From an uncultured Trueperaceae bacterium (GTDB taxonomy: Bacteria; Deinococcota; Deinococci; Deinococcales; Trueperaceae), in assembly GCA_963798895.1 (NCBI GenBank), contig CAWCUY010000014.1, positions 364,875-428,874 of the forward strand: a DNA stretch of 64,000 bases, given 5' to 3'. The notes under the pieces were generated by a model that saw nothing but the letters and a program-made list of their open reading frames with translations, was not told where the DNA came from and ran no database searches. The translations under genes and the position numbers were made by a program. This document shows, in pieces, positions 10,081 to 21,330 of the stretch. Within the stretch, counting starts at the first letter, position 1. Each line of letters opens with the position of its first letter.

Positions 10081-11148
10081 TCAGTTCTCGCCGCTCTCGG
10101 GGTTGTAGCGCAGGAAGGCGGGGATGTCGTAGTTGCTCGGGTCGTAGCTGCGCCCGCCGGCGGCCGCGCGGAGGTGCGTCGGCCGCAGCACCTTCGTCTG
10201 CGGCGCGGAGTCGAAGCCCGCCGCGATGACGGTGACGCGCACCTCGTCGGCGGCATCCTCGTCGTAGGTGACGCCGAAGAGCACGTTGACGTCCTCGACC
10301 TCGGTCGCCTCGCTGATCTTCTCGACGATCTCGTGGGCGTCGAAGAGGGTGAGGTCCTCCGAGCCCGTGATGTTGATCAGCAGGTTGCGCGCCCCCTCCA
10401 CGCCCCGAGCGAGCAGCGGGCTGTGCGTGGCGGTGTTGGCCGCCTCGTCGGCGAGCTTCTCGCCGCGCCCGGCGCCGATCCCCATCAGGACGGTGCCGGC
10501 GCCCTGCAGCAGCGCCTTGACGTCGGCGAAGTCCACGTTGATCATGCCGGGCATGTTGATGACGTCGCTGATGCCGCGCACCCCGTGATACAGGACCCGG
10601 TCGGCGACACGGAAAGCGTCGGTGAGCTTGACCTTGCGATCGAGCGCGGAGAGCAGGCGCTGGTTCTCGACCACGATGAGGGCGTCGACCTTGTCCTCGA
10701 GCCGGCGCAGGCCGTCCTCGGCCTGGCGCATGCGCTTCGGACCCTCGAACAGGAACGGGCTGGTCACGACGGCGATGGTGAGCGCCCCGAGCTCGCGCGC
10801 CACCTCGGCCACCACCGGCGCGCTCCCCGTGCCCGTTCCGCCGCCCATGCCGGCGGTGATGAACACCAGGTCGCAGCCGCGCAGCGCCTCGCCGATGCGG
10901 TCACGGTCCTCCAGCGCGGCCTGCTCCCCGATCTCGGGGTTGGCGCCCGCGCCGAGTCCCTTGGTGATGTGGTCGCCCATCTGGATGCGGGTGTCGGCCA
11001 GGCTGGTGGCCAGGACCTGCGCGTCGGTGTTGGCGGCCACGAACTCCACGCCGCGCAGGCCGGTCTCGATCATGCGGTTGACGGCGTTGTTGCCACCACC
11101 GCCGAGTCCTATCACCCGTATGACCGCATTCTCGTTGCTCATGCTCAC
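10081..11148 (-). CDS. ftsZ: Cell division GTPase FtsZ
   Basis: GGGTGTG tubulin signature; 355 aa. Confidence 0.95.
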   Translation of the reverse strand: MSMSNENAVIRVIGLGGGGNNAVNRMIETGLRGVEFVAANTDAQVLATSLADTRIQMGDHITKGLGAGANPEIGEQAALEDRDRIGEALRGCDLVFITAGMGGGTGTGSAPVVAEVARELGALTIAVVTSPFLFEGPKRMRQAEDGLRRLEDKVDALIVVENQRLLSALDRKVKLTDAFRVADRVLYHGVRGISDVINMPGMINVDFADVKALLQGAGTVLMGIGAGRGEKLADEAANTATHSPLLARGVEGARNLLINITGSEDLTLFDAHEIVEKISEATEVEDVNVLFGVTYDEDAADEVRVTVIAAGFDSAPQTKVLRPTHLRAAAGGRSYDPSNYDIPAFLRYNPESGEN

Positions 11149-11181
11149 GTCCTCACCCTCCCCGTTGCCTGCCTGCTCGCC

Positions 11182-12420
11182 TCAGAAGAAGTCCTTCAAG
11201 ATATTGCGGATGCTGCCGAAGATCCCGCCCAGACGCCCCTCCTCCTTCACCGGTCGCGGCGCGGCGGGGACCGCGACCTGTTCCTGGGCCATGCCGAAGC
11301 GCACGAGGCCGACGGCGGTGGCGTGGGCTGGGCTGGCCACCACGTCCGCCAGGCCCGACACGCCTTCGGGCTTGCCGATGCGCACCGGCAAGCGGAAGCG
11401 GTCGGTCGCGACCTGCTCGATGCCGGGCATGAGCGACGCTCCGCCCGTGATGACGACGTTTCCCGCGAGGAGCTCGAGCGCCCCCATGCGTTGCTCGATG
11501 TTGCGCTTCACGAGGTCGAGGATCTCGACCACGCGCGGCTTGATGACCTGCGCCAGCTCGAACGTCGAGATCGACGCGGTGTACGAGGGGTTCGCGACCT
11601 CCAGCTCGACGTCGCGATCGGCCAGCTCGGGGAGGGCGACGCCGTAGCGCCGCTTGACGCGCTCGGCCTCGTCGGGCGGGATGCGCAGCAGCTGGCTGAT
11701 GTCCTGCGTGATGTGATCGCCGCCCAGCGGGATGACCGCCGAGTGCGCCAGCGTGCCGCGGCGGAAGACGCCCACGTCGGTGGTGCCGCCGCCGACGTCG
11801 ATGAGGAGCGTGGTCAGCTCCTGCTCCGCGGCCTGCAGCACGGCCAGGCCCGACGCGAGTGCCTGCACGACGAGCCCGTCGACCGCGACGTCGGCGTCGC
11901 TGGCGCAGCGCTTGAGGTTCTGCAGCGGCCCCTGCGCGCCGGCCACGATGTGCACGTCCACCTCGAGCCGCACGCCCGACATCCCCACCGGGTCCTTGAT
12001 GCCGTCGTTGCCGTCCACCACGTACTCCTGCGGGATGACGTGGATCATGTCCATGTTGGCCTCGAGCGGCACGGCCCGGGCGTTCTCGATGCAGCGCTCG
12101 ATGTCGGCCCGCGTGACCTGCTGGCCGCGACGGATGGCCGCCATGCCGTGGCTCGTGAGCGCCTTGAGGTGGCTCCCGGCCACGCCCACCCAGGCCGAGT
12201 GGACGGGCACGCCGGCGACCCGCTGGGCGGCCGCGATCGACTGGCGGACCGACGCGATGGTCCGCTCGAGATTGACCACGACGCCCTTTCGGAGCCCGTC
12301 GCTGGGGACCGTGCCCTCGCCGATGATGTCGAGAACGCCGTCGGCGGCGACCTCACCGATCACGGTGCAGATCTTGGTGGTCCCGATGTCGAGGCCGACG
12401 ATGATGCGTTCGTCACTCAT
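11182..12420 (-). CDS. ftsA: Cell division protein FtsA
   Basis: Actin-like ATPase beginning MSDERIIVGLDIGTTKI. Confidence 0.95.
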   Translation of the reverse strand: MSDERIIVGLDIGTTKICTVIGEVAADGVLDIIGEGTVPSDGLRKGVVVNLERTIASVRQSIAAAQRVAGVPVHSAWVGVAGSHLKALTSHGMAAIRRGQQVTRADIERCIENARAVPLEANMDMIHVIPQEYVVDGNDGIKDPVGMSGVRLEVDVHIVAGAQGPLQNLKRCASDADVAVDGLVVQALASGLAVLQAAEQELTTLLIDVGGGTTDVGVFRRGTLAHSAVIPLGGDHITQDISQLLRIPPDEAERVKRRYGVALPELADRDVELEVANPSYTASISTFELAQVIKPRVVEILDLVKRNIEQRMGALELLAGNVVITGGASLMPGIEQVATDRFRLPVRIGKPEGVSGLADVVASPAHATAVGLVRFGMAQEQVAVPAAPRPVKEEGRLGGIFGSIRNILKDFF

Positions 12421-13012
12421 GCGCCTTGCTCACTCCCCAGGGGTACACCGCGACGCGCCCCCCGCGGCGGCTCTCGAAGGCGGCCCATTGCTCCCGCAAG
12501 GCTTCCGCGCTAGGTGTAAAAAGCGACGTCCCCGTCAATTGAATCTCGAATCCCTCTGGCGAGTAGCTTATCACTTCGGGAGCATACGGTTGGAGGAGGG
12601 AGAGGAGCTCCAGCGCCTCGGACACCCGCGGCGAGCCCCACCCTTCGACACGCGGCAAGCCGTCCACCTCCTCGGGGCGTACGCCCGTAAGGACTGTACC
12701 ATCGGCCGCCCAGGTGGTGGCGCCGTCCGTCAGCGCCGGCTCGCGTTCCGCGACGGTGATCGACACCGTGTCGGGCCAGTGCTTGAACACCCGCACGCTG
12801 CGGATCCACGGGTCCCGGGTCAGGCCGCGGATGCGGCGGCTGGTGATCCACAGGAAGGGATCGCCGGGCGCGACGTCGGCCAGGCGCAGCACGTCCTCGC
12901 GGGCATAGTGGCGTTCTCCGCTCACCTCGATGCGCGCGACCTGCGGCACGAAGCGGCTGGCCACGAGGGCCCCGGCGCACACCACCAGCAGGACGAGCAG
13001 GACGATCCTCAC
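12413..13012 (-). CDS. ftsQ: Cell division protein FtsQ/DivIB (POTRA domain)
   Basis: A transmembrane helix followed by a POTRA region; GTG start at 13012 overlaps the murB stop in a GTGA arrangement; the tool ORF extends spuriously to 13801. Confidence 0.7.
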   Translation of the reverse strand: MRIVLLVLLVVCAGALVASRFVPQVARIEVSGERHYAREDVLRLADVAPGDPFLWITSRRIRGLTRDPWIRSVRVFKHWPDTVSITVAEREPALTDGATTWAADGTVLTGVRPEEVDGLPRVEGWGSPRVSEALELLSLLQPYAPEVISYSPEGFEIQLTGTSLFTPSAEALREQWAAFESRRGGRVAVYPWGVSKAHE

Positions 13013-13872
13013 GCGAACCCCCACAGCCGCCACTCGAGCTCGAGCGGTGCGCCGCCGCAGGCCGCGACCCGCTCCCGGACCCGACGCAGCAGCTCGCACA
13101 CGTCGCGGGAGCTGGCGTTGCCCAGGTTCACGATGAAGTTGCCGTGCTCGAGCGCCACCATCGCGTCGCCGACACGGAGGCCCTTGAGACCGGCCGCGTC
13201 GATGATGCGCCCGGCGCTGTCGCCCTCCGGGTTCTTGAACGCGCAGCCCGCCGATTTCACCTTCGGTTGCCCCTTGCGGGCGGCGTCGACGCCGTCCATG
13301 GCCGCCTGCACCCGCTCCGGGGTCGAGGGGCGGAGGCGCAGGCGGGCTCGCGTCACGACGGCGCCGACCGGGAGCTCGGCATGGCGGTAGGCGAGGTGGA
13401 GGTCGGCGGCGGGGAGGCGCTCGAGCCGTCCGCCCGCGTACAGCTCCACCTCCTGCAGGGTGTCGCTCAGCTCCCCGAAGCGCGTCCCGGCGTTCATCGC
13501 GACGGCGCCGCCGATCACGGCGGGCACGCCGAGGAGCCCCTCGAGCCCCGACAGGCCGAGGCGTTGCGCGCGCCGCACGACGCCGGGCAGCGGGGTGGCC
13601 GCCCCCAGCCACACGTCGGCGCCGCCGTCCGCTGCCCGGGCGGCCTCGCCCACGGCGCGCACGTCGTTGTACGTGCGCCCCAGCCGCACCACGCGTTCGC
13701 GCACGCCGGCGTCGGACACCAGCACGTTCGATCCGTTGCCCAGCACGAGGTAGGGCTCGGCCGTCGCCCGCTCGAGTCCGGCCTCGTCCTCGACGGTCCA
13801 CACCTCGGCGGGCCCGCCGACCCTCAGGGTGGTGAGGGAGCTCAGGGGAACGCGCACGACCTCAGCCTGCAC
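13009..13872 (-). CDS. murB: UDP-N-acetylenolpyruvoylglucosamine reductase
   Basis: 287 aa MurB with an FAD-binding N-terminus. Confidence 0.9.
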   Translation of the reverse strand: MQAEVVRVPLSSLTTLRVGGPAEVWTVEDEAGLERATAEPYLVLGNGSNVLVSDAGVRERVVRLGRTYNDVRAVGEAARAADGGADVWLGAATPLPGVVRRAQRLGLSGLEGLLGVPAVIGGAVAMNAGTRFGELSDTLQEVELYAGGRLERLPAADLHLAYRHAELPVGAVVTRARLRLRPSTPERVQAAMDGVDAARKGQPKVKSAGCAFKNPEGDSAGRIIDAAGLKGLRVGDAMVALEHGNFIVNLGNASSRDVCELLRRVRERVAACGGAPLELEWRLWGFA

Positions 13873-15280
13873 GGCTTCGCGCGCCCCCTTCCCCCGCGCC
13901 GGGCGCCGCCTCTCGGCCGGTGAGCGCCGCCGCGACCTTCCACACGTCCCCGGCGCCGAGCGTGACGATCAGGTCGGAGGGGGCCACGCTCTCGCGCAGG
14001 TAGCGCGTGGCCGACGCGAGATCGTGGCGGCAGGCGCTGACCCCGAGCTGACGCACGCGCTCGATGATGCGCTCGACCCAGGCGCCGGGGATGGCGTTCT
14101 CGCCGGCGGCGTAGATGTCGAGCACGATGACCTCGTCGGCCAGCGCGGCGGCCTCGGCGAGGGCGCGCCAGTGGCGCGCCGTTCGCACCCACCGGTGCGG
14201 TTGCAGCACGGCGCGCACGCGACGGCCCGTCGCGCGCGCGGCGCGCAGCGTGACGGCGACCTCGGTCGGGTGGTGGGCGTAGTCGTCGACCACCCACGCC
14301 CCGCCGACCTCGCCCCAGCGCTCCCAGCGGCGCCCCACCCCGCCGAAGGTCGCGAGGGCATCGAGGCCGCCGCCGGCGTCGTAACCGGCGAGCTCCACCG
14401 CGGCCAGTGCGGCGGCGGCGTTGAGGGCGTTGTGGCGCCCGGGGACCGCCAGCCGCACGGCGAGCGGGTCGCGCCCGGGCCGCTGCAGCGTGAACGCGCT
14501 CGAATCGGCCGCGAGGTCGAGGTCGCGCATGCGGTAGTCGGCATCGTCGGCCTCGCCGTACGCGTGAACGGCGCGGTGCGCGCCGACGAGCTGCCGGAGG
14601 CCGGGCCAGTCGGCGCAGACCAGCAACCGCTCGGAGGCGAGCGCGAAGCTGCGCGCGGCGGCCTCGAGGTCGGCGAGGGTGGCGTGGTAGTTGCGGCGCT
14701 CGCTGTACTCCTCGCCGGCGATGTGGTCGTCCTCGAGGTTGGTGATGACGCCGATCGCGGAGCGCAGGCGCGCGAAGCCGGGATCGGACTCGTCGACCTC
14801 CGCGACCATCCACGGTCCGCGCCCGAAGCGCACGTTGCCGTCGATGGCCGCCAGCCGCGCCCCGACGTGCACGGACGGGTCCTGGTCGAGCCCGAGCAGC
14901 AGCGTCGCCACCATGGCCGTCGTGGTGCTCTTGCCATGGGTCCCGGTGACGGCGATGGTGCGGCGCTGCTCGAAGAGCTCCCCGAGCAGCTCGATGCGCT
15001 TGATGACGCGCGCGCCGCGCTCGCGCGCCGCCAGGAGCTCCGGGTGGTCGTCGGGCACGGCCATGCTGCTCACGAGGACGTCCGCGTCGCGGGCGTGATC
15101 GGGGTCGTGGCCGACGTCCGCGCGGATGCCGGCGCGCCGCAGGCGCTCGAGCACCGGGCCGTCGACGGCGTCGCAGCCGCTCACGCGGTACCCCTCGCGG
15201 TGGAACCAGAGGGCGAGGCCGTGCATGCTCACGCCCCCGATGCCCATGAAGTGCAGGTGTTCGCTCAGGTCGGGGCTCAT
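13862..15280 (-). CDS. murC: UDP-N-acetylmuramate--L-alanine ligase
   Basis: Mur ligase motifs (GTHGKSTT); start at the internal ATG (MSPDLSEHLHF), which overlaps the murG stop as ATGA; the tool ORF is over-extended to 16363. Confidence 0.9.
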   Translation of the reverse strand: MSPDLSEHLHFMGIGGVSMHGLALWFHREGYRVSGCDAVDGPVLERLRRAGIRADVGHDPDHARDADVLVSSMAVPDDHPELLAARERGARVIKRIELLGELFEQRRTIAVTGTHGKSTTTAMVATLLLGLDQDPSVHVGARLAAIDGNVRFGRGPWMVAEVDESDPGFARLRSAIGVITNLEDDHIAGEEYSERRNYHATLADLEAAARSFALASERLLVCADWPGLRQLVGAHRAVHAYGEADDADYRMRDLDLAADSSAFTLQRPGRDPLAVRLAVPGRHNALNAAAALAAVELAGYDAGGGLDALATFGGVGRRWERWGEVGGAWVVDDYAHHPTEVAVTLRAARATGRRVRAVLQPHRWVRTARHWRALAEAAALADEVIVLDIYAAGENAIPGAWVERIIERVRQLGVSACRHDLASATRYLRESVAPSDLIVTLGAGDVWKVAAALTGREAAPGAGEGGARSRAG

Positions 15281-16557
15281 GCGTCGGCGCCTCGCGGGTC
15301 GCCGCCGGGCGCGTCGCCGGCGGGATGGGGTGTGGGGTCGGGGGTGGGTCTCGTGGCGGCCTTGCCGTCGCGCCGGTCGTCCGGCCGGTCGTCGTGCGGG
15401 TCTTCGTGCGGGCCGTCGTGCGGGTCGTCGTGCCGGTCGTGCCGGCGGGGCGGCGGCGGGGCGGACGTATGGCGATCCCCGAGGAAGCCGACGAGCACGT
15501 CGACGACGGCGTCGGCGGCCCCGCGCGGGCTGCGCTCCGCGGCCGCGGCGGCCGCGGAGCGCAGGGTGGAGGGCTCGAGCATCTCCGCCCACACGCGGGG
15601 CAGGTTCTCCAGGTCGCGTTCCTCGACCAGCCGACCCGCGCCCGCGGCCTCGACCGCCCGGGCGTTGTGCAGCTGGTGGTCCTCGGCGGAGCTCGGCAGC
15701 GGGACCATGAGGAGCGGCACCCCGTGGAAGGCGGCATCGCTCACCGTACTCACGCCGGCGCGGGTGATGGCGAGGTCGGCGGCGGCGAAGGCGCGCGCGG
15801 CGTCGACGTAGGGCACGACCCGGTAGCGTGGGAGGTCGGCCACGGCGCCGGCCGTGACCTCCGACCAGCGCTCGCCGCTCGCGTGCAGGACGTGCAGGTC
15901 GGCCTGCATGCCGGGGGGCAGCGCGCGGTACGCCGCCGGTACGGCGCGATTGAGCGCCATCGAGCCCTGGGAGCCGCCCATCACGAGCGTGACGGGCCCG
16001 CGCTGCGGCAGTCCCCAGCCCGCGCGCGCGTCGGCACGGTCCGCCAGCACCTCGCGCACCGGGAACGGCACGACCGTGGTCGCGCGCGCTCGCCGCAGCC
16101 AGCGCCGCGCCTCGGGCTGCGCCAGCACCACCGTGCGGGCGCTCGCCGCGAACCAGCGCGTCACGCGGCTGGGCAGCGCGTTGCCCTCGTGCAGCACCAG
16201 CGGGGTGCCGCTCACCGCCGCCCCGAGGCAGCCGGGGAAGGACGCGAAGCCCCCGAAGCCCACCACCAGACGCGGCCGTGAACGGAGCACGGCGCGCACG
16301 CCGCCGAACGTGCCGGCGGCCGCGCGCAGCGCCTGCCAGGGGTCGGGGCGCTGTCTGTCCCACTTGCCCGCCGGCACGCCTTCGAACGCGAAGCCGGCCT
16401 CGGGCACGAGGCGCGCCTCCATGCCGCCCGCCTGCCCCAGGAAGCCCACCTCGAGCCCGCGCTCGCGCGCCGCTCGCGCGACGGCGAGGGCGGGGTAGAT
16501 GTGTCCTCCCGTCCCGCCGGTGGCGAAGAGCAGGTCGAGGCCGCCGCCGCGCGTCAC
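15277..16557 (-). CDS. murG: UDP-GlcNAc:undecaprenyl-PP-MurNAc-pentapeptide GlcNAc transferase with a His/Asp/Pro-rich C-terminal tail
   Basis: MurG core (ATGGTGGHIYPALAV); GTG start overlaps the ftsW stop (GTGA); a C-terminal tail of about 65 aa is low-complexity. Confidence 0.85.
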   Translation of the reverse strand: MTRGGGLDLLFATGGTGGHIYPALAVARAARERGLEVGFLGQAGGMEARLVPEAGFAFEGVPAGKWDRQRPDPWQALRAAAGTFGGVRAVLRSRPRLVVGFGGFASFPGCLGAAVSGTPLVLHEGNALPSRVTRWFAASARTVVLAQPEARRWLRRARATTVVPFPVREVLADRADARAGWGLPQRGPVTLVMGGSQGSMALNRAVPAAYRALPPGMQADLHVLHASGERWSEVTAGAVADLPRYRVVPYVDAARAFAAADLAITRAGVSTVSDAAFHGVPLLMVPLPSSAEDHQLHNARAVEAAGAGRLVEERDLENLPRVWAEMLEPSTLRSAAAAAAERSPRGAADAVVDVLVGFLGDRHTSAPPPPRRHDRHDDPHDGPHEDPHDDRPDDRRDGKAATRPTPDPTPHPAGDAPGGDPRGADA

Positions 16558-17606
16558 GGTGCCACGCCCTCGGAGCGCGCCTGGCGGTACGCGCTGTGGA
16601 TGAATCCCGTCGCGATCGAGACCGACAGCAGGCTGTTCAGCCCGTAGCTGACGAACGGCAACGGGATGCCCGTGATCGGCAGGAGCCCGGAAGCGACGAG
16701 CAGGTTGAGCGCGGCCTGCCCGCCGATGTAGGTACATGCCCCCGCGGCCAGCAGGCTGCCGGGTCCCTTCACGGCGGCGGCGATGGCGAGGCCACGCCCG
16801 ACGAGCACGACGAACAGCACGACGATCGTGAGGATGCCGACGAGGCCGAGCGATTGACCGACGGAGACGGAGATCATGTCGGTGTCGGCCTCGGGCACGC
16901 GCACCGGACGACCCGGACCGATCCCCGTGAGGCCGGCCTTGGTGAGGGCGCGCCGGGCGGCGAACGCCTGGTAGCTCACGCTCGAGGTCTCCTGCTGCCC
17001 GCCCCACAGGTCGGCGAAGCCGGTGATGCGCTCCTGCAGGTAGTGGAACTGGCTGAGGTAGGGGCCGGCCACCAGCAGCGCGACGAGCGCCGCAGCCGTG
17101 CTGATGGACACGAGGCGGGCGATGGTGGTGCCCGCCGCCAGCATGATGGCGAAGGCCAGGGCGAAGAGGAACAGGGCGGTGCTCACGTCGGGCTCGGCCA
17201 CGATGAGGCCGGCGGCGAGCCCGATGACCAGCATCGGCCGCCAGATCTGCCAGTTGCCCAGGTGGTTGTGGAAGAAGGCCGTCAAGTACGCGACCACCAC
17301 GACCTTCATGAGCTCCGACGGCTGCAGCGACAGGGGGCCGATCACCAGCCAGCGGGTGCTGTCGCTGCCCGCCGGCGACACGCCCACCACCAGCACCGCG
17401 GCCAGCAGGACGAGCAGCGTGACGTACGCGAACGGCGACCAGCGCACGAGCGTCTTGGGGCGCAGGTGCGCGACGATCACGGTCACCGCGATCCCCACGA
17501 GGAACCGCACGGCGTGTTCGACGGCGCTTCCGGGGGCGGCCGCCGCGACCCCGAGGATCCCGAGGGCACCGAGGAGGAGCTGAACGGTCAGGATGAGGGG
17601 GTCCAT
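16554..17606 (-). CDS. ftsW: Peptidoglycan polymerase / cell division protein FtsW (SEDS family)
   Basis: Multi-TM SEDS core; start set at the internal ATG (MDPLILTV) preceded by GGAGGAGG; the 179-aa Arg-rich N-terminal extension in the tool ORF was rejected. Confidence 0.8.
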   Translation of the reverse strand: MDPLILTVQLLLGALGILGVAAAAPGSAVEHAVRFLVGIAVTVIVAHLRPKTLVRWSPFAYVTLLVLLAAVLVVGVSPAGSDSTRWLVIGPLSLQPSELMKVVVVAYLTAFFHNHLGNWQIWRPMLVIGLAAGLIVAEPDVSTALFLFALAFAIMLAAGTTIARLVSISTAAALVALLVAGPYLSQFHYLQERITGFADLWGGQQETSSVSYQAFAARRALTKAGLTGIGPGRPVRVPEADTDMISVSVGQSLGLVGILTIVVLFVVLVGRGLAIAAAVKGPGSLLAAGACTYIGGQAALNLLVASGLLPITGIPLPFVSYGLNSLLSVSIATGFIHSAYRQARSEGVAP

Positions 17607-18994
17607 CGCGCCTCCTCCGTGCGCCGCTGGTCGCGTGCCAGCGCCTCGACCGCGTCCCGGAAGGCGCGCGCTCGGTCGGTGTAGTCCTCGAACTGGTCGA
17701 ACGATGCGGCGAGCGGAGCGAGCAGGACGCACCCCGACCCGCCGTGGTGGCGCAGGAGGTAGGCGTGCGCCTCGCGCACGGCGCGCTCCATGGCCCGCCG
17801 TCCGTCGCGCTCGTCGACGACGCGCGTGTGCGTGTCGGGCGCGAACGCGTCGGCGAAGGCGGGACCGGCGTCGCCGACGCCGAGCAGCAGCGCCACGCGC
17901 TCGCCCACCAGTGCGTGGAGGCCGCTCACGTCCGCGCCCTTCGCCTGGCCGCCGGCGATCCACACGAGCGGTCCGGGCGTGGCGGCGAGCGCCGCCCGGA
18001 CCGCCAGGGGGCGGGTGGCGATGGAGTCCTCGATGAAGCTCACGTCGCCCACGCGTCCGGCGTGGGCGTAGCGCCCCGGGAGGCCGGTGAACGAGGCCAG
18101 GGCGGCCGCGAGCTGGAGCGTTCCGACGCCGAGCGCGCGGCATGCCAGGGCCACCGCCAACGCGTTGGCCACCTGGTGGTCGCCGATCACCTGGAGGGCG
18201 TCGACGCCCTGCAGCGGCTCGCCGTCGAGCAGCAGCAGGCCGCGCTCACGGTCGAGGGCGGCGTCGGCCGTGTGCTCGAGCGAGAAGCCGCGCGTGGTGG
18301 CCCGCGAGTCCGAGGCCCAGGCGCGCGCGACCGCGTCGTCGTCGTTGAACACGAACACGTCGCCGGGGCCGAGGTTCCGCACCAGGTTGTGCTTGGCGGC
18401 GTGGTACGCCGCCACGCTGCCGTGGCGGTCGATGTGATCCTCACCGAGGTTGAGCACCACCGCGACGGCCGGTCGGAAGGTCGGGCAGCGCTCGAGTTGG
18501 AACGAGGACATCTCCGTCACGAGCGTCGCCCCGGGTCGCGCGACCTCGGCCAGGGCCGGGTCGATGTTTCCGCCGGCCACCGCGTCGATGCCGGCCGACG
18601 CGAGGGTGTCGGCGATCCAGCGGGTGGTGGTCCCCTTGCCTGCCGTGCCGGTGACGCCCACGTAGGTCGCGTCGATGGTGCGCCACACCCACTCGACCTC
18701 CCCGATGACCTCGACGCCGCGCTCGCGCAAGACGGTGAGGTCGGGGTGGTCCCAGGCGACGCCGGGCGCCGCGATGCACACGCGCGCGCGACCGCGCAGG
18801 GGGTCGCCCAGGCGGCGCGCGCCAACGGCGAGCGCCGCCTCGACGTCGGCGCCGTCCTGGCGGCGCTCGAAGAACTCGATCGCGTGGCCCTGGCGCGCCG
18901 CGAGGCGCGCCGCGGCCAGACCGCTGCGGCCGAGGCCGTAGACGAGGACCGCGGCGTCGGCGCCGCCCGGGCCCGGTCGAGCCGTGGCGCTCAC
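17588..18994 (-). CDS. murD: UDP-N-acetylmuramoylalanine--D-glutamate ligase
   Basis: 468 aa MurD (GVTGTAGKGTT); GTG start overlaps the mraY stop; the 904-aa tool ORF is an upstream over-extension. Confidence 0.85.
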   Translation of the reverse strand: MSATARPGPGGADAAVLVYGLGRSGLAAARLAARQGHAIEFFERRQDGADVEAALAVGARRLGDPLRGRARVCIAAPGVAWDHPDLTVLRERGVEVIGEVEWVWRTIDATYVGVTGTAGKGTTTRWIADTLASAGIDAVAGGNIDPALAEVARPGATLVTEMSSFQLERCPTFRPAVAVVLNLGEDHIDRHGSVAAYHAAKHNLVRNLGPGDVFVFNDDDAVARAWASDSRATTRGFSLEHTADAALDRERGLLLLDGEPLQGVDALQVIGDHQVANALAVALACRALGVGTLQLAAALASFTGLPGRYAHAGRVGDVSFIEDSIATRPLAVRAALAATPGPLVWIAGGQAKGADVSGLHALVGERVALLLGVGDAGPAFADAFAPDTHTRVVDERDGRRAMERAVREAHAYLLRHHGGSGCVLLAPLAASFDQFEDYTDRARAFRDAVEALARDQRRTEEARWTPSS

Positions 18995-19898
18995 GACCGG
19001 CCCGTCAGCAGGGACACGGTCAGCGCGGTCGTCGCGGCGGTGACCAACCAGAAGCGCAGGACGACGCGGGTCTCGGGCCAGCCGGAGAGCTCGAAGTGGT
19101 GATGAAGGGGGCTCATGCGCAGCAGACGGCGCCCGCCGGTGGCGCGGAAGTAGCCGACCTGCACGATCACGGACAGCACCTCCAGCACCGGCACGAGCGC
19201 CAGCAGGGGAAGGTACCACACCGCCCCCTGGCGGATCGCGAGCCCGGCGAGGGCGGCGCCGAGCGCCTCCGAACCCACGCCCCCCATGAACACCCGGGCC
19301 GGGTGCGCGTTGTACCACAGGAATCCCAGCAGCGCGCCGAGCAGCGCCGTCGCCCACGGCGAAGCCAGGAACGGCACCAGCATGATCACGGACATCCCGC
19401 CTGCGAGGCCGTCGAGGCCGTCGCTGAAGTTCAGTGCGTTGACCGCGCTCACGACCACGATGCTGTACGCCAGCACGTCGAGCCATGGCACGCCCAGCAG
19501 GCTGTGCCCCGCGGCGACGGCCCAGCCGCCGTAGGCCAGGCCCACGGCCCCCTGCGCCAGCAGGCGGTAGCGTGCGAGCAGCCCGGTGGTGGCGTCCTCG
19601 CCGCGCGCGGCCCGGCGCTTGCGCCCGAGCGCCAGCAGGTCGTCGGCGAGCCCGATGCCCGCGCTGGCGACCACGAGCAGCACCGTGGGGAGCTCCGCGG
19701 CGGGGTCGGGCGAGCGCAGGAGCCACACCGCGATGGCGGCCACCAGCACCGCGATCCCGCCCATCGTCGGCGTGCCCTCCTTGCCGAGGTGGCTCCTCGG
19801 GCCCGCGCCGCGCACGGACTTGCCCCAACCGAGGCGGCGGGCGAGCTGGATGAAGATGCCGCTGAGGAGCAGCCCGAAGGCGGCGCCGAGCAGGGCGG

Positions 19899-19902
<4 letters not shown>
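18991..19902 (-). CDS. mraY: Phospho-N-acetylmuramoyl-pentapeptide transferase
   Basis: 303 aa polytopic membrane protein with MraY motifs (NALNFSDGLDGLA). Confidence 0.9.
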
Positions 19903-21260
<1,358 letters not shown>

Positions 21261-21330
21261 ACTCTGACCACTCTACACAACATGCACAACGTGAGCGACC
21301 TCCCCGAACGGCCGGCGTGCAGCCCGCCCC

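Noticed and set aside
10174-12513. 779-aa plus-strand ORF
   Set aside because: It runs antisense to ftsZ and ftsA, which are unambiguous.
17607-18143. 179-aa Arg-rich N-terminal extension of the FtsW ORF, with similar extensions on MurD (to 20302), MurC (to 16363), RsmH (to 24244), MraZ (to 24771), MurG (to 17007) and FtsQ (to 13801)
   Set aside because: The extensions overlap the upstream gene in another frame and have low-complexity R/P/G composition. The conserved N-termini begin at internal ATG or GTG codons with ribosome-binding sites or 4-nt overlaps. The MraZ extension would also run through rnpB.
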